Assembly: GCF_036365525.1 (NCBI RefSeq)
Contig: NC_090400.1
Location: 28,385,353 to 28,449,352 of the forward strand
Source of the DNA: Heterodontus francisci
Taxonomy: Eukaryota
DNA: 64,000 nucleotides
Reading direction: 5' to 3'
The position numbers and the translations under genes were made by a program. The notes under the pieces were generated by a model. That model was not told where the DNA came from, did not search any database, and saw nothing but the letters and a program-made list of their open reading frames with translations. Below are positions 12,481-23,574 of this stretch, one piece after another (the stretch's first letter is position 1; each line of letters starts with the position of its first letter).

Positions 12481-14755
12481 CATATGAACATACGAATTAG
12501 GAGCAGGAGGCGGCCACTTGGCCCCTCGAGCCTGCTCTGCAATTCAACATGATCATGGCTGATCTGATTGTAACATCAACTCCATATTCCCGCCTACCTC
12601 CAATAACCTTTTACCCTCTTGTTTAACAAGAATCCATCCATGTTGCCTTAAAAATATTCAAAGACTCTGCTTCCACCGCCTTTTGAAGAGAGTTCCAAAG
12701 ACTCACGACTCTGAGAGAAAAATTTCTCCTCATCTCTCTTAAATGGGCGATCCCTTATTTTTAAATAGTGACCCCTGGTTCTAGATTCTCCCACAAGAGG
12801 AAACATCCTTTCCACATCCACCCTGTCAAGACCCCTCAGGATCTTACATGTTTCAATCATGTTGCCTCTTATTCTTCTAAATTCCAGTGGATACAAGCCC
12901 AGCCTGTCCAACCTTTCCGCATAAGACAACCCGCCCATTCCAGGTATTGATCTAGTAAACCTTCTCTGAACTGCTTCCAATGCATTTACATCATTCCTTA
13001 AATAAGGAGACCAATACTGTACACAGTACTCCAGATGTGGTCTCACCAGTGCCCTGTATAACTGAAGCATAACCTCCCTACTTTTGTATTCAATTCCCCT
13101 GGCAATAAATGATAACATTCTATGAGCTTCCCTAATTACTTGTTGTACCTGAATACTAACCTTTTGCGATTCATGTACTAGGACACCCAGATCCCTCTGC
13201 ATCTCAGAGCTCTGCAATCTCTCGCCATTTATATAATATGTTTCTTTTTTATTTTTCCTGCCAAAATGGACAATTTCACATTTTCCCACATTATACTCCA
13301 TTTTCCAGATCTTTGCCCACTCACTTAACCTATATCCCTTTGTAGCCTCCTTATGCCCTCTTCACAATTTACGTATCTTTATGTCATCAGCAAATTTACA
13401 ACCATACCTTCGGTCCCTTCATCCAAGTCATTTATATAAATTGTAAAAGGTTGAGGCCCCAGCACTGATTCCTGTGGCACACAGTCATTACATCTTGCCA
13501 ACCAGAAAATGACCCTTTTACGCCTACTCTCTGTTTCCCGTTAGCTAGCCAATCTTCTATCCATGCCAATAGTTACCCTCTATACCATGAGCTTTTATTT
13601 TCTGCAATAATCTTTGATGTGGTACCTTATTAAATGCCTTCTGGAAATCTAAGTACAGTACATCCACCAGTTCCTCTTTATCCACAGCACGTTACTTCTT
13701 CAAAGAACTCTAATAAATTGGTTAAACATGATTACCCTTTGACAAAACCATGTAGACTCTATCTGATTACCTTGAATTTTTCTAAGTGCCCTGCTATAAT
13801 GTCTTTAATAATAGCTTCTAACATTTTCCCTATGACAGATGTTAAACTAACTGGCCTGTAGTTTCCTGCTTTCTGTCTCCCTTTTTAATTAAAGGAGTTA
13901 CATTGGCTATTTTTCAATCTAATGGAACCTTCCCCGAATCTAGGGAATTTTGGAAAATTAAAAGCAATGCATCAACTATCTCACTAGCCATTTCTTTTAA
14001 GACCCTAGGATGAAGTCCATCAGGACCCGGGGACTTGTCCGCCCGCAGCTCCAACAATTTTCTCAGTACCACTTCCCTGGTGTTTGTAATTTTCTTGAGT
14101 TCCTCCCTTCCTTCCATTTCCTGATTTACAGCTATTTCTAGGATGCTACTTGTATCCTCTATGGTGAAGACAGATGCAAAATACCTGTTCAATTCATCTG
14201 CTATCTCCTTATTTTCCATTACTAATTCCCCAGACTCACTTTCTAAAGGACCAACACTCATGTTGTTAACTCATTTCTTTTTGAAATATCAACAGAAACT
14301 CTTACTATCTGTTTCTATATTTCTAGGTAGCTTTCTCTCTTACTCTAATTTTTACGTGCTGCTTTTTATATTCTGTCCAATCTTCTGACCTGCCACTCAT
14401 CTTTGTGTAATTATGTGCTTTTTCTTTAAGTTTCATACAATCTTTAACTTTTTTAGTTAATCATGGATGATGGGTCCTTCCCTTGAAATTTTTCTTTCTT
14501 CTTGGAATGTATATATTCTGTGTATTCTGACACATCCCCTTAAATGTCTGCCACTGCATCTCTATTGACCTATCCCTTAACCTAATTTGACAGTTCACTT
14601 TAGCTAGTGCTGATTTCATGCCCTCATAATTGCCCTTATATAAGTCTAAAATACTAGTCTTAGACCCACTCTTCTTTCCCTCAAACTGAATGCAAAATTC
14701 AATCATATTATGATTGCTACCGCCTCCGGGTGCCTTCACCATGTGGTAATTAATC
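12481..14755 (-). mobile_element. CR1-clade LINE, 5'-truncated ORF2 plus 3'UTR
   Basis: Minus-strand ORFs contain KSPGPDGLHPRVLKE, LVRPHLEYCVQYWSPY and QRRFTR. The tail is at the left end. Confidence 0.93.
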
Positions 14756-17700
14756 CTGTTTAGCTTTTTCAGTTGTTGTTGCTGGAGTTGTATTGAAGTT
14801 GAAGTGTTTGATGTGTCTTAGTTGTTTTAAGGTATTGTTGGGTGGGGGAGTTTGATGGGTTTTGGCTGTTTAAGGTGTTGGGTTGAGCTGTTTAAGGTAT
14901 TGTTGAAGCGAGGAGTTTGATGTGTTTGAGCTGTTGGGTTGAGGAGTTTGATGTATTTGAGCTGTTTGAGGTATTGGGTTGAGGAGTTTGATGTGGTTGA
15001 GCAGTTTGAGGTGTTGGGTTGAGGAGTTTGATGAGTTTGAGCTGTTTGAGGTGTTGGGTTGAGGAGTTTGATGTGTTTGAGCTGTTGGGTTGAGGAGTTT
15101 GATGTGTTTGAGCAGTTTGAGGTGTTGGGTTGAGGAGTTTGATGTGTTTGAGGTGTTGGGTTGAGGAATTTGATGTGTTTAAGCTGTTTGAGGTGTTGGG
15201 TTGAGGAATTTGATGTGTTTAAGCTGTTTGAGGTGTTGGGTTGAGGAGTTTGATGCGTTTGAGCTGTTGGGTTGAGGAATTTGATGTGTTTGAGCAGTTT
15301 GAGGTGTTGGGTTGAGGAGTTTGATGTGTTTGAGGTGTTGGGTTGAGGAATTTGATGTGTTTAAGCTGTTTGAGGTGTTGGGTTGAGGAATTTGATGTGT
15401 TTAAGCTGTTTGAGGTGTTGGGTTGAGGAGTTTGATGCGTTTGAGCTGTTGGGTTGAGGAATTTGATGCGTTTGAGCTGTTGGGTTGAGGAGTTTGATGA
15501 GTTTGAGCTGTTGGGTTGAGGAATTTGATGTGTTTAAGCTGTTTGAGGTGTTGGGTTGAGGAGTTTGATGTGTTTGAGGTGTTGGGTTGAGGGGTTTGAT
15601 GCGTTTGAGCTGTTGGGTTGAGGAGTTTGATGTGTTTGAGCTGTTGGGTTGAGGAGTTTGATGTGTTTGAGCTGTTGCGTTGAGGAGTTTGAGGTGTTGG
15701 GTTGAGGAATTTGATGTGTTTAAGCTGTTTGAGGTGTTGGGTTGAGGAGTTTGATGTGTTTGAGCTGTTGGGTTGAGGAGTTTGATGAGTTTGAGCTGTT
15801 GGGATGAGGAGTTTGATGAGTTTGAGCTGTTGGGTTGAGGAGTTTGATGTGTTTGAGCTGTTGCGTTGAGGAGTTTGATGTGTTTGAGCTGTTGAGTTGA
15901 GGAGTTTGATGTGTTTGAGGTGTTGGGTTGAGGAGTTTGATGTGTTTGAGCAGTTTGAGGTGTTGGGCTGAGGGGTTTGATGTGTTTGAGCAGTTTGAGG
16001 TGTTGGGTTGAGGGGTTTGACGTGTTTGAGCTGTTGAGTTGAGGAGTTTGACGTGTTTGAGCTGTTGAGTTGAGGAGTTTGATGTTGAGCTGTTTGAGGT
16101 GTTGGGTTGAGGAGTTTGAGCTGTTGGGTTGAGGGGTTTGATGTGGTTGAGGAGTTTGGTGTGTTTGAGCAGTCTGAGGCGTTGGGTTGAGGAGTTTGAT
16201 GTGTTTGAGCAGTTTGAGATGTTGGGTTGAGGAGTTTGATGTGTTTGAGCAATCTGAGGTGTTGGGTTGAGGAGTTTGGTGTGTTTGAGCAGATTGAGGT
16301 GTTGGGTTGAGGAGTTTGATGTGTTTGAGCAGTTTGAGGTGTTGGGTTGAGGAGTTTGATGTGTTTGAGCAGTTTGAGGTGTTGGGTTGAGGAGTTTGAT
16401 GTGTTTGAGCAGTTTGAGGTGTTGGGTTGAGGAGTTTGATGTGTTTGAGGTGTTGGGTTGAGGTGTTTGAGGAGTTTGGTGTGTTTGAGCAGATTGAGGT
16501 GTTGGGTTGAGGAGTTTGATGTGTTTGAGGTGTTGGGTTGAGGAGTTTGATGTGTTTGAGGAGTTTGGTGTGTTTGAGCAGTCTGAGGCGTTGGGTTGAG
16601 GAGTTTGATGTGTTTGAGCAGATTGAGGTGTTGGGTTGAGGAGTTTGATGTGTTTGAGCAGTTTGAGGTGTTGGGTTGAGGAGTTTGATGTGTTTGAGCA
16701 GTTTGAGGTGTTGGGTTGAGGAGTTTGATGTGTTTGAGCAGTTTGAGGTGTTGGGTTGAGGAGTTTGATGTGTTTGAGCAGTTTGAGGTGTTGGGTTGAG
16801 GAGTTTTATGTGTTTGAGCAATCTGAGGTGTTGGGTTGAGGAGTTTGGTGTGTTTGAGCAGTTTGAGGTGTTGGGTTGAGGAGTTTGATGTGTTTGAGCA
16901 GTTTGAGGTGTTGGGTTGAGGAGTTTGATGTGTTTGAGCAGTTTGAGGTGTTGGGTTGAGGAGTTTGATGTGTTTGAGGTGTTGGCTTGAGGTGTTTGAG
17001 GAGTTTGGTGTGTTTGAGCAGATTGAGGTGTTGGGTTGAGGAGTTTGATGTGTTTGGGGTGTTGGGTTGAGGTGTTTGATGTGTTTGAGGAGTTTGGTGT
17101 GTTTGAGCAGTTTGAGGTGTTGGGTTGAGGAGTTTGATGTGTTTGAGGTGTTGGGTTGAGGTGTTTGAGGAGTTTGGTGTGTTTGAGCAGATTGAGGTGT
17201 TGGGTTGAGGAGTTTGATGTGTTTGAGGTGTTGGGTTGAGGTGTTTGAGGAGTTTGGTGTGTTTGAGCAGATTGAGGTGTTGGGTTGAGGAGTTTGATGT
17301 GTTTGAGGAGTTTGGTGTGTTTGAGCAGTCTGAGGCGTTGGGTTGAGGAGTTTGATGTGTTTGAGCAGTTTGAGATGTTGGGTTGAGGAGTTTGATGTGT
17401 TTGAGGTGTTGGGTTGAGGAGTTTGATGTGTTTGAGGAGTTTGGTGTGTTTGAGCAGTCTGAGGCGTTGGGTTGAGGAGTTTGATGTGTTTGAGCAGATT
17501 GAGGTGTTGGGTTGAGGAGTTTGATGTGTTTGAGCAGTTTGAGGTGTTGGGTTGAGGAGTTTGATGTGTTTGAGCAGTTTGAGGTGTTGGGTTGAGGAGT
17601 TTGATGTGTTTGAGCAGTTTGAGGTGTTGGGTTGAGGAGTTTGATGTGTTTGAGCAGTTTGAGGTGTTGGGTTGAGGAGTTTTATGTGTTTGAGCAATCT

Positions 17701-18245
17701 GAGGTGTTGGGTTGAGGAGTTTGGTGTGTTTGAGCAGATTGAGGTGTTGGGTTGAGGAGTTAGATGTGTTTGAGCAGTTTGAGGTGTTGGGTTGAGGAGT
17801 TTGATGTGTTTGAGCAGTTTGAGGTGTTGGGTTGAGGAGTTTGATGTGTTTGAGCAGTTTGAGGTGTTGGGTTGAGGAGTTTGATGTGTTTGAGGTGTTG
17901 GCTTGAGGTGTTTGAGGAGTTTGGTGTGTTTGAGCAGATTGAGGTGTTGGGTTGAGGAGTTTGATGTGTTTGAGGAGTTTGGTGTGTTTGAGCAGTTTGA
18001 GGTGTTGGGTTGAGGAGTTTGAGGTGTTGGGTTGAGGTGTTTGAGGAGTTTGGTGTGTTTGAGCAGATTGAGGTGTTGGGTTGAGGAGTTTGATGTGTTG
18101 GGTTGAGGTGTTTGAGCAGATTGAGGTGTTGGGTTGAGGAGTTTGATGTGTTGGGTTGAGGTGTTTGAGCAGATTGAGGTGTTGGGTTGAGGAATTTGAT
18201 GTGTTTGAGGTGTTGGGTTGAGGAATTTGATGTGTTTGAGGTGTT
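14756..18245 (+). repeat. ~3.5 kb GT-rich minisatellite, ~40 bp unit GAGGTGTTGGGTTGAGGAGTTTGATGTGTTTGAGCAGTTT
   Basis: Directly visible, with shorter unit variants. It ends immediately before the TYW1 CpG island. Confidence 0.97.
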
Positions 18246-18249
18246 ATTG

Positions 18250-18520
18250 GGGCTGGCGGGATCCCAGCATGCTCAGCGGAAGTAATGGCGACGCTGGGAC
18301 GGGAGGCCGAGGACTTTAATCCTGGTTCTGCAGCTTTGCCGAAGGTTTTTTTGTGATCCGGATCGGGGTCCTGCCCGGGGGGAGCGGCCATGCGGGGCTT
18401 TTTTGCCGTGTTGCTGCTGTGGCTTTGCCGGTCGAGCTGCGGGGATGAGCGCGATGATGGTGAGGCCGCGGCTTTTACTGATTGATTTTCCCTTATGAAG
18501 CGCCGCGCGCCTGAACTCAC
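18250..18520 (+). promoter_or_regulatory. TYW1 CpG-island promoter / first exon region
   Basis: CpG-dense island with an ETS/GABP-type CGGAAGT (18277-18283) abutting a YY1-like AATGGCG (18284-18290), typical of housekeeping transcription starts. Confidence 0.7.
18390..18459 (+). CDS. TYW1: TYW1 putative coding exon 1
   Basis: gcggccATG context. Reads MRGFFAVLLLWLCRSSCGDERDD plus one G, then G|gtgagg donor. 70 nt, phase 1, which is the phase exon 2 requires. Inferred from phase and CpG island, not from homology. Confidence 0.65.
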
Positions 18521-19009
18521 ATATTAAACATTATATTGTCCTCCCGTTCTGGTGAGAGACCAATTTCCGTCTCTTATTTTCTGCTGCAACCTGCTACCTT
18601 GGAGTAACTGAGTCTCTCGCCTCGATGCAGGTTCTGAGCCTTATTTTTATGTTGCAGGTGGCTATCTAAAAGATTGCAGGACAAATACCGATTTACAAAA
18701 ATGTAATTCAGTTCCTCTTGGCTCAACAATCCCCCATTACCCTTTATTCAATCTGGTACGATCCTTTTCTCTCTGCACTTTTTGAAAACTAAAGTGTTAA
18801 TTACTGTTTGTACCACTGAATTACTCCTAAATATGCCTGTCACCAGTGTGAAATTATATCCTTTTTTTTCTGTTATGGTTTACCTTGAGGTAATGTTCAG
18901 TGTTTACCTTTCCTGTACCAATCAATATTTTCTGTGCTTGAGTAAGATTTTCATTCCAATATTCTTCAGTAACAGCTTACATTTATCTCTCACCTTTTAA
19001 TGTAGTTAA

Positions 19010-19720
19010 ACATTTTAAGGTGCTTCACAAGGTATCAGGCGAATGAATGCTGAACAAAAGGAAAGATTAGGAATGGTGACCAAATGCATAGTCAAGGGAT
19101 GGGTTTTAAGAAAGATCTTAAAGGAGGATAGAGAAATAAAGAAACCGGGGGTTACAGGGAAGGAATTCCGGTGAGTGTGGCCTAGACAGCTGATGGCATA
19201 GTCACCAATGATGGGTAAATGAGGCCAGATTCAGAGGACTGGAAAGTCTAGGCTGGATTATATAGAAAAAAAGGAGGAATGAATTTGTATTTATGCAACA
19301 CATCAGGACATTCACAGCCAATAAAAAATATTTTTAAGTGTAGTCACTGTTGTGGGAAAACAGCAGCCAATATGTCCATAAACAACAAGTAAATAATCAG
19401 ATAACATGTGTTAGAGGGATAAATGTTGGAATGAACAATGGAGAGTTCTTTTGGGTATTTTAATAGGGGCATGGGATATCTATGTCCACTTGAGGTGGGA
19501 TATATCGCCTCAGTTTAACACCTAATCTGAAAGGCAGCACCTCCAACAATGCAGGACTCTCTCAGTACTGCACTGGAGGAAGTTGCAAGGAAACGTAGAG
19601 GTGAGGCTAAGGTAGGATTTAAATTTTAAATTGGAGCCAGTGTAGGTCAGTGAGGACATGGGTGATTGACACATGTGACTAGGGTATGGGAATCAGGGTT
19701 TTGGTTGAGCTGAGGTTTAC
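19010..19720 (-). mobile_element. L2-like remnant containing a reverse-oriented Deu-domain SINE fragment (~19280-19580)
   Basis: CTGAAAGGCAGCACCTCCAACAATGCAG..CTCAGTACTGCACTGGA is the reverse complement of the SINE core at 54440-54500. Confidence 0.6.
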
Positions 19721-19744
19721 AGAGGCTTTTTTTTTTCTTTCCAG

Positions 19745-19884
19745 TTCACATCTTTGATACCTGGAACTCCTTGCAGAATTACGCATTGTCGTTATGGCAT
19801 GTTAGACACTACATCTATTCTACAATTGTTGTTGCCATAGGAGTTTGGGCAGCTGTTGCGTTTTTAAGTAAAAACCATAACAAG
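19745..19884 (+). CDS. TYW1: TYW1 exon 2 (hydrophobic membrane-anchor segment)
   Basis: Polypyrimidine+ccag acceptor. Reads (V)HIFDTWNSLQNYALSLWHVRHYIYSTIVVAIGVWAAVAFLSKNHNK, resembling human DTW...LW..RFYIY. AAG|gtaata donor. Confidence 0.88.
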
Positions 19885-20397
19885 GTAATATATCTGCACA
19901 GCTCTGTATCTTCATGACTTGTAATAAAGATAATAAAGTATTGCAATGTGGCTTTCTGTCTGCCATTCTGCTGAGGGTATCAATCTTAGTTATGCTGCCG
20001 AGTGAAGGCTTGACATTTCCTCATGGGGGGTTGACGGCGTGAATTGATAGAAAATCAGACTGACCATCACCTCTTGGTCATTATGCACAAGACTTTAAAA
20101 TCATTATTGATGCTGGGAGACCTGAAAATAATATGAAAAATAAAAGGATCAACATATAAACAGTTTATTGTTTCACAAATAAGTCTTTAAAGCATTGATA
20201 TTTGTATCTCAAAGTTAAGTTACTTCCCTGTTTTTTAATTGCTTCAGAAGACCAAGTTGTTTTGATTGTGTATAGAATAAATGCCTTTCCTTGTTGGTTA
20301 CATATATATTGTATCTGAGAAGTGCACAGGTTCCTGTTGTGAAAAGGTTTGGTGTTAATATGGAAATTGACTATATAATGCAAAATACTTTGAACAG

Positions 20398-20532
20398 CAG
20401 AAAGACGAGGACAGCATTGTGCCAAAAGTAGCCAAAGACGTCATTCAAAATGGGCATTTAGTCCAAGAAGAAAAAGAAGCTCATGTTGCTGGGGTGAAGA
20501 TTTTCATTGGCTCTCAGACTGGTACTGCTGAG
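20398..20532 (+). CDS. TYW1: TYW1 exon 3 (start of flavodoxin domain)
   Basis: Reads QKDEDSIVPKVAKDVIQNGHLVQEEKEAHVAGVKIFIGSQTGTAE, with the flavodoxin GSQTGTA loop. CAGCAG tandem acceptor (alternative start 20401). GAG|gtatgt donor. Confidence 0.95.
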
Positions 20533-20994
20533 GTATGTACTTGATCAATGATTATGCATTTTTGTCATATTAAGGATAAAGGTTGATTTGGAAATTGGAG
20601 CAATTTGAAAGAATTAAAAAATGCACTTTTTTACTTCTATTAAATAAGTTTGTGCATATTTTCTCACTTTGGTGTTTATCTAGCTCTCTGTGTTTTAAAG
20701 TTTTATAACGTTGTATCAAAGTGTTAGAAATCAGCTCAGAAGCAGGTTCACCAATCTGCTTTCAGCTATTCGTAGCTGGTTGGGTATAGGGTGATGAATT
20801 ACATAGGCTTCTTTTTTCCTTCGTTAATATTCTAGCTTTATACTGTTATAGCACATATCATTTAGGAACTGTTGAAATATTTATCACATTTCTACATTAA
20901 CATGGTTGCCAGTCTGTTCCAAAGTGCCACACCTGATGAGTGAGGTTGGAACCAGGTCGATCCTCTGTGACAGAGCCAGTAATCAGATATCTGA

Positions 20995-21119
20995 TGAAAG
21001 GTCACAGTCCTGCAATGTTAACTCTGTTTCTCTCTCCACAGATGCTGCCAGACCTGCTGAATATTTCCAGTATTTTCTATTTTTATTTCAGATTTCCAGC
21101 ATCAGTGCTTTGCTTTTGT
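20995..21119 (+). mobile_element. Solo Penelope-like terminal fragment with 13-bp TSD
   Basis: Matches the terminus at 38455-38548. Flanked by ATCAGATATCTGA at 20982-20994 and 21120-21132. Confidence 0.8.
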
Positions 21120-21744
21120 ATCAGATATCTGAGCCAGTCAGGTCCATAGCTCTCTGGGCTGCTGTTATTGATTGACCAACCACTCTGGCTCATTGATGTA
21201 ACCTAGAGGGGTAGATCAGTCTTTTGACTGCTGGATTGCTTCTGCTAATCTCCAGAATCTGGGATACAGGCTTGCAGGGTTATTTGCAGATTATTAGGGG
21301 TGTCCAAGTTTGTGTCTTTGTGGCCCATGTAGGTGAATATTATGACATTACAAAGTTGTTTAAAATCCATGCTCCTGTTAGTTTATGTATATCACATTGA
21401 TGATAGCAACATGTCTTGGTGTTCTGATTTAGGATTTAATCACCAATGAGAAACCTGTTCTAAAAGCAGCCCATTTCAAACTCCCAAAATTCAGACAGGA
21501 CAAGATAGTAAATAAGAAATATAAGTGAAAATAGGACTTGTTGATTGGAGTTCAAAGGCTGAATTGTCAGGGCTTGGGTTAGAAGTTGTTCGCTCTTGGC
21601 CTAGTGGGTGAAGTGGTCTGAACTAGACAAAAGTTGAAATGCTTACCATAATATGTTTGTCAGCTGCACAGTTTTTGGCTGATATGTTCTAGGAGTATTT
21701 GAGCATAAGAATTGCTAGATGAGAAAAAAAAGGATCTCTTTAAT

Positions 21745-22815
21745 AACTAAAAACAGAAAATGTTGGAAATACACAACAGGTCAGAAGAGAGAAACAGAGT
21801 TAACGTTTCAGGTTGATGATCTTTCATCAGAACTGGGGAAAAGTTAGAAATGTCCTAGGTTTTAAGCAAGTGAAAGGGACAGGGTGGAAAAAGAACCAAA
21901 GGGAAGGTCTGTGATAGTCTGGAAGAGAGGAGAGATTAAGTGACAAAAGAGTTGGTGGTGCAGGGCTAGAGGGAGTGGAAATAGCACAAGTGAAGGAACA
22001 AAAGATGTGTCTAGGAGAGCTGTGACTGGCAAAATGATAAACAGCTGCCAACTGAAAACCAAGATGAAAGTAAAACTGAAACCCGCAAAGAGAAAGGAAT
22101 CAAACTGGGGGCAGAGATTAAGGCCTGAAATTGTTGAACTCTGTGCTGAGTCTGGAAAGCTGTAAAGTGCCTAATTGAAAGATGCAATGCTGTTTCTGGA
22201 GCTTATGTTGAGCTTCATTGGAACGCTGCAGGAAGCCCAGGACAGAAGGTCAGCATGAGAACGAGGTGGAGAATTAAAATGACAGACAACTGGAAGCTTG
22301 GGGTTATGCTTGCAGACTGAATGGAGGTAAAACCCAAAGAGGTCACCCAATCTGCATTTGGTCTTCACAGTGTAGAGCAGACTACATTGTGAGCAGTGAC
22401 TACTGTATACTAAATTGAAAGAAGTACATGCAAATCGCTGTTTCACCTGGAAGGAGTGTTTGAGATATTGGACGGTGAGGAGAAAGGAAGTAAAAGAGCA
22501 GGGGTTGCATCTCCTGCGCATGCATGGAAAGGTGCCATGGGAAGTGGAGGGGGTTTTGGGGGTGATAGAGGAGTGGACCCAGGGTTTTGCAGAGGGAACA
22601 GAATGCTGGAAGGAGAGGGGAAAATGTGTTTGATGGTGGCATCACGCTAAAGGTGGTGGAAATGACAGAGGATGATCTGTTGAATATGGAGGCTGGTGGG
22701 GTGGATGGTGAGGACAAGGGGAACCCTATCGTGCTTCAAGGAGGGAGTGAAAGGGGTGAGAGCAAAAGCATGGGAATTGGGATGGACATGGTTGAGGGCC
22801 CTGTCAACCACAGTG
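21745..22815 (-). mobile_element. Penelope-like element, 3' portion (GIY-YIG region plus terminus)
   Basis: Minus-strand FACTSFNLVY..CSQCSLLY..TKCRL is a decayed GIY-YIG endonuclease. Homologous to 36480-37195. Confidence 0.85.
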
Positions 22816-23472
22816 AAGTCCCTAAGTTTTGTCTGTTGCGAACCTGCAGCTGTAGCTTGTCTTACTCTACCTAATCTCTGCAACCTTCAGAAATTTGTCA
22901 CAACTTAAACACTTTTTCTTGTATTGCGCATCCCCCCTCCCTTTGCTCCACCACAGATGGCAAAGCCTCCAACCTTCATGCCCTGCTGTCTGAAATTCTC
23001 TTTCTAAACCCTCTTATCTTAGTCTCCCCACCTTCAAAAACCTTCTCAAAACTTGCTTCTTTGATCATGCCTTCTATTGTAGTTCCAGCTTATTTCACTT
23101 CTTTGTGAAGCTGCTTGGGATATTTCTGTACATTAGATGCACTGTATAATTTTGACTGCATGGTGTATCCCTACAGAGGAGAGTGCACCCCATGTCAGGC
23201 AAACAGAAACGTCACACATGGATTTGTCAGTAATTTGGTTTGGAGACATTGAAAACTCAAATGTTTAAATCAGTCAGACACATTGGAAAGGGTCAGGGTT
23301 GGAAATTAGAAGACACTACTCACTCACAATGTTGTGACATGGATTTGAACTGAGGTTGTAATGGCCACAATTTAGAGTGCTGATACATGTGCCATACAGA
23401 ACTTTTGCGCAACACATCTTTTAAATTTTGATTTCCTAAGTGCTTTTAAAAAAAAAAAATCTTGTGTTCTAG

Positions 23473-23574
23473 AGGTTTGCCAAAACTCTTGCAGATGCGG
23501 TACAAAAACTTGGATTACCGGTGGAAGTTGTTGATCTGAAGGAGTATGATCCAGATGACAGCCTGGTGGATGAG
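23473..23574 (+). CDS. TYW1: TYW1 exon 4
   Basis: ttctag acceptor, RFAKTLADAVQKLGLPVEVVDLKEYDPDDSLVDE, gttcgt donor. 102 nt. Matches human LKEYDPDD. Confidence 0.95.

Noticed and set aside
18354-18356. In-frame TGA read as selenocysteine
   Set aside because: No SECIS can be assessed because the 3'UTR is outside the window, TYW1 is not a known selenoprotein, and the upstream peptide resembles nothing I recognise.
15361-18520. 778-aa and 1039-aa minus-strand ORFs
   Set aside because: They arise from the ~40-bp array, and the same peptide phrases cycle through all frames. Divergent transcription from the TYW1 promoter cannot be excluded, but nothing supports a protein.
18658-18755. Acceptor-like ttatgttgcag in TYW1 intron 1 as an extra exon
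   Set aside because: The nearest plausible donor is weak and out of phase with exon 2, and the peptide has no TYW1 similarity.
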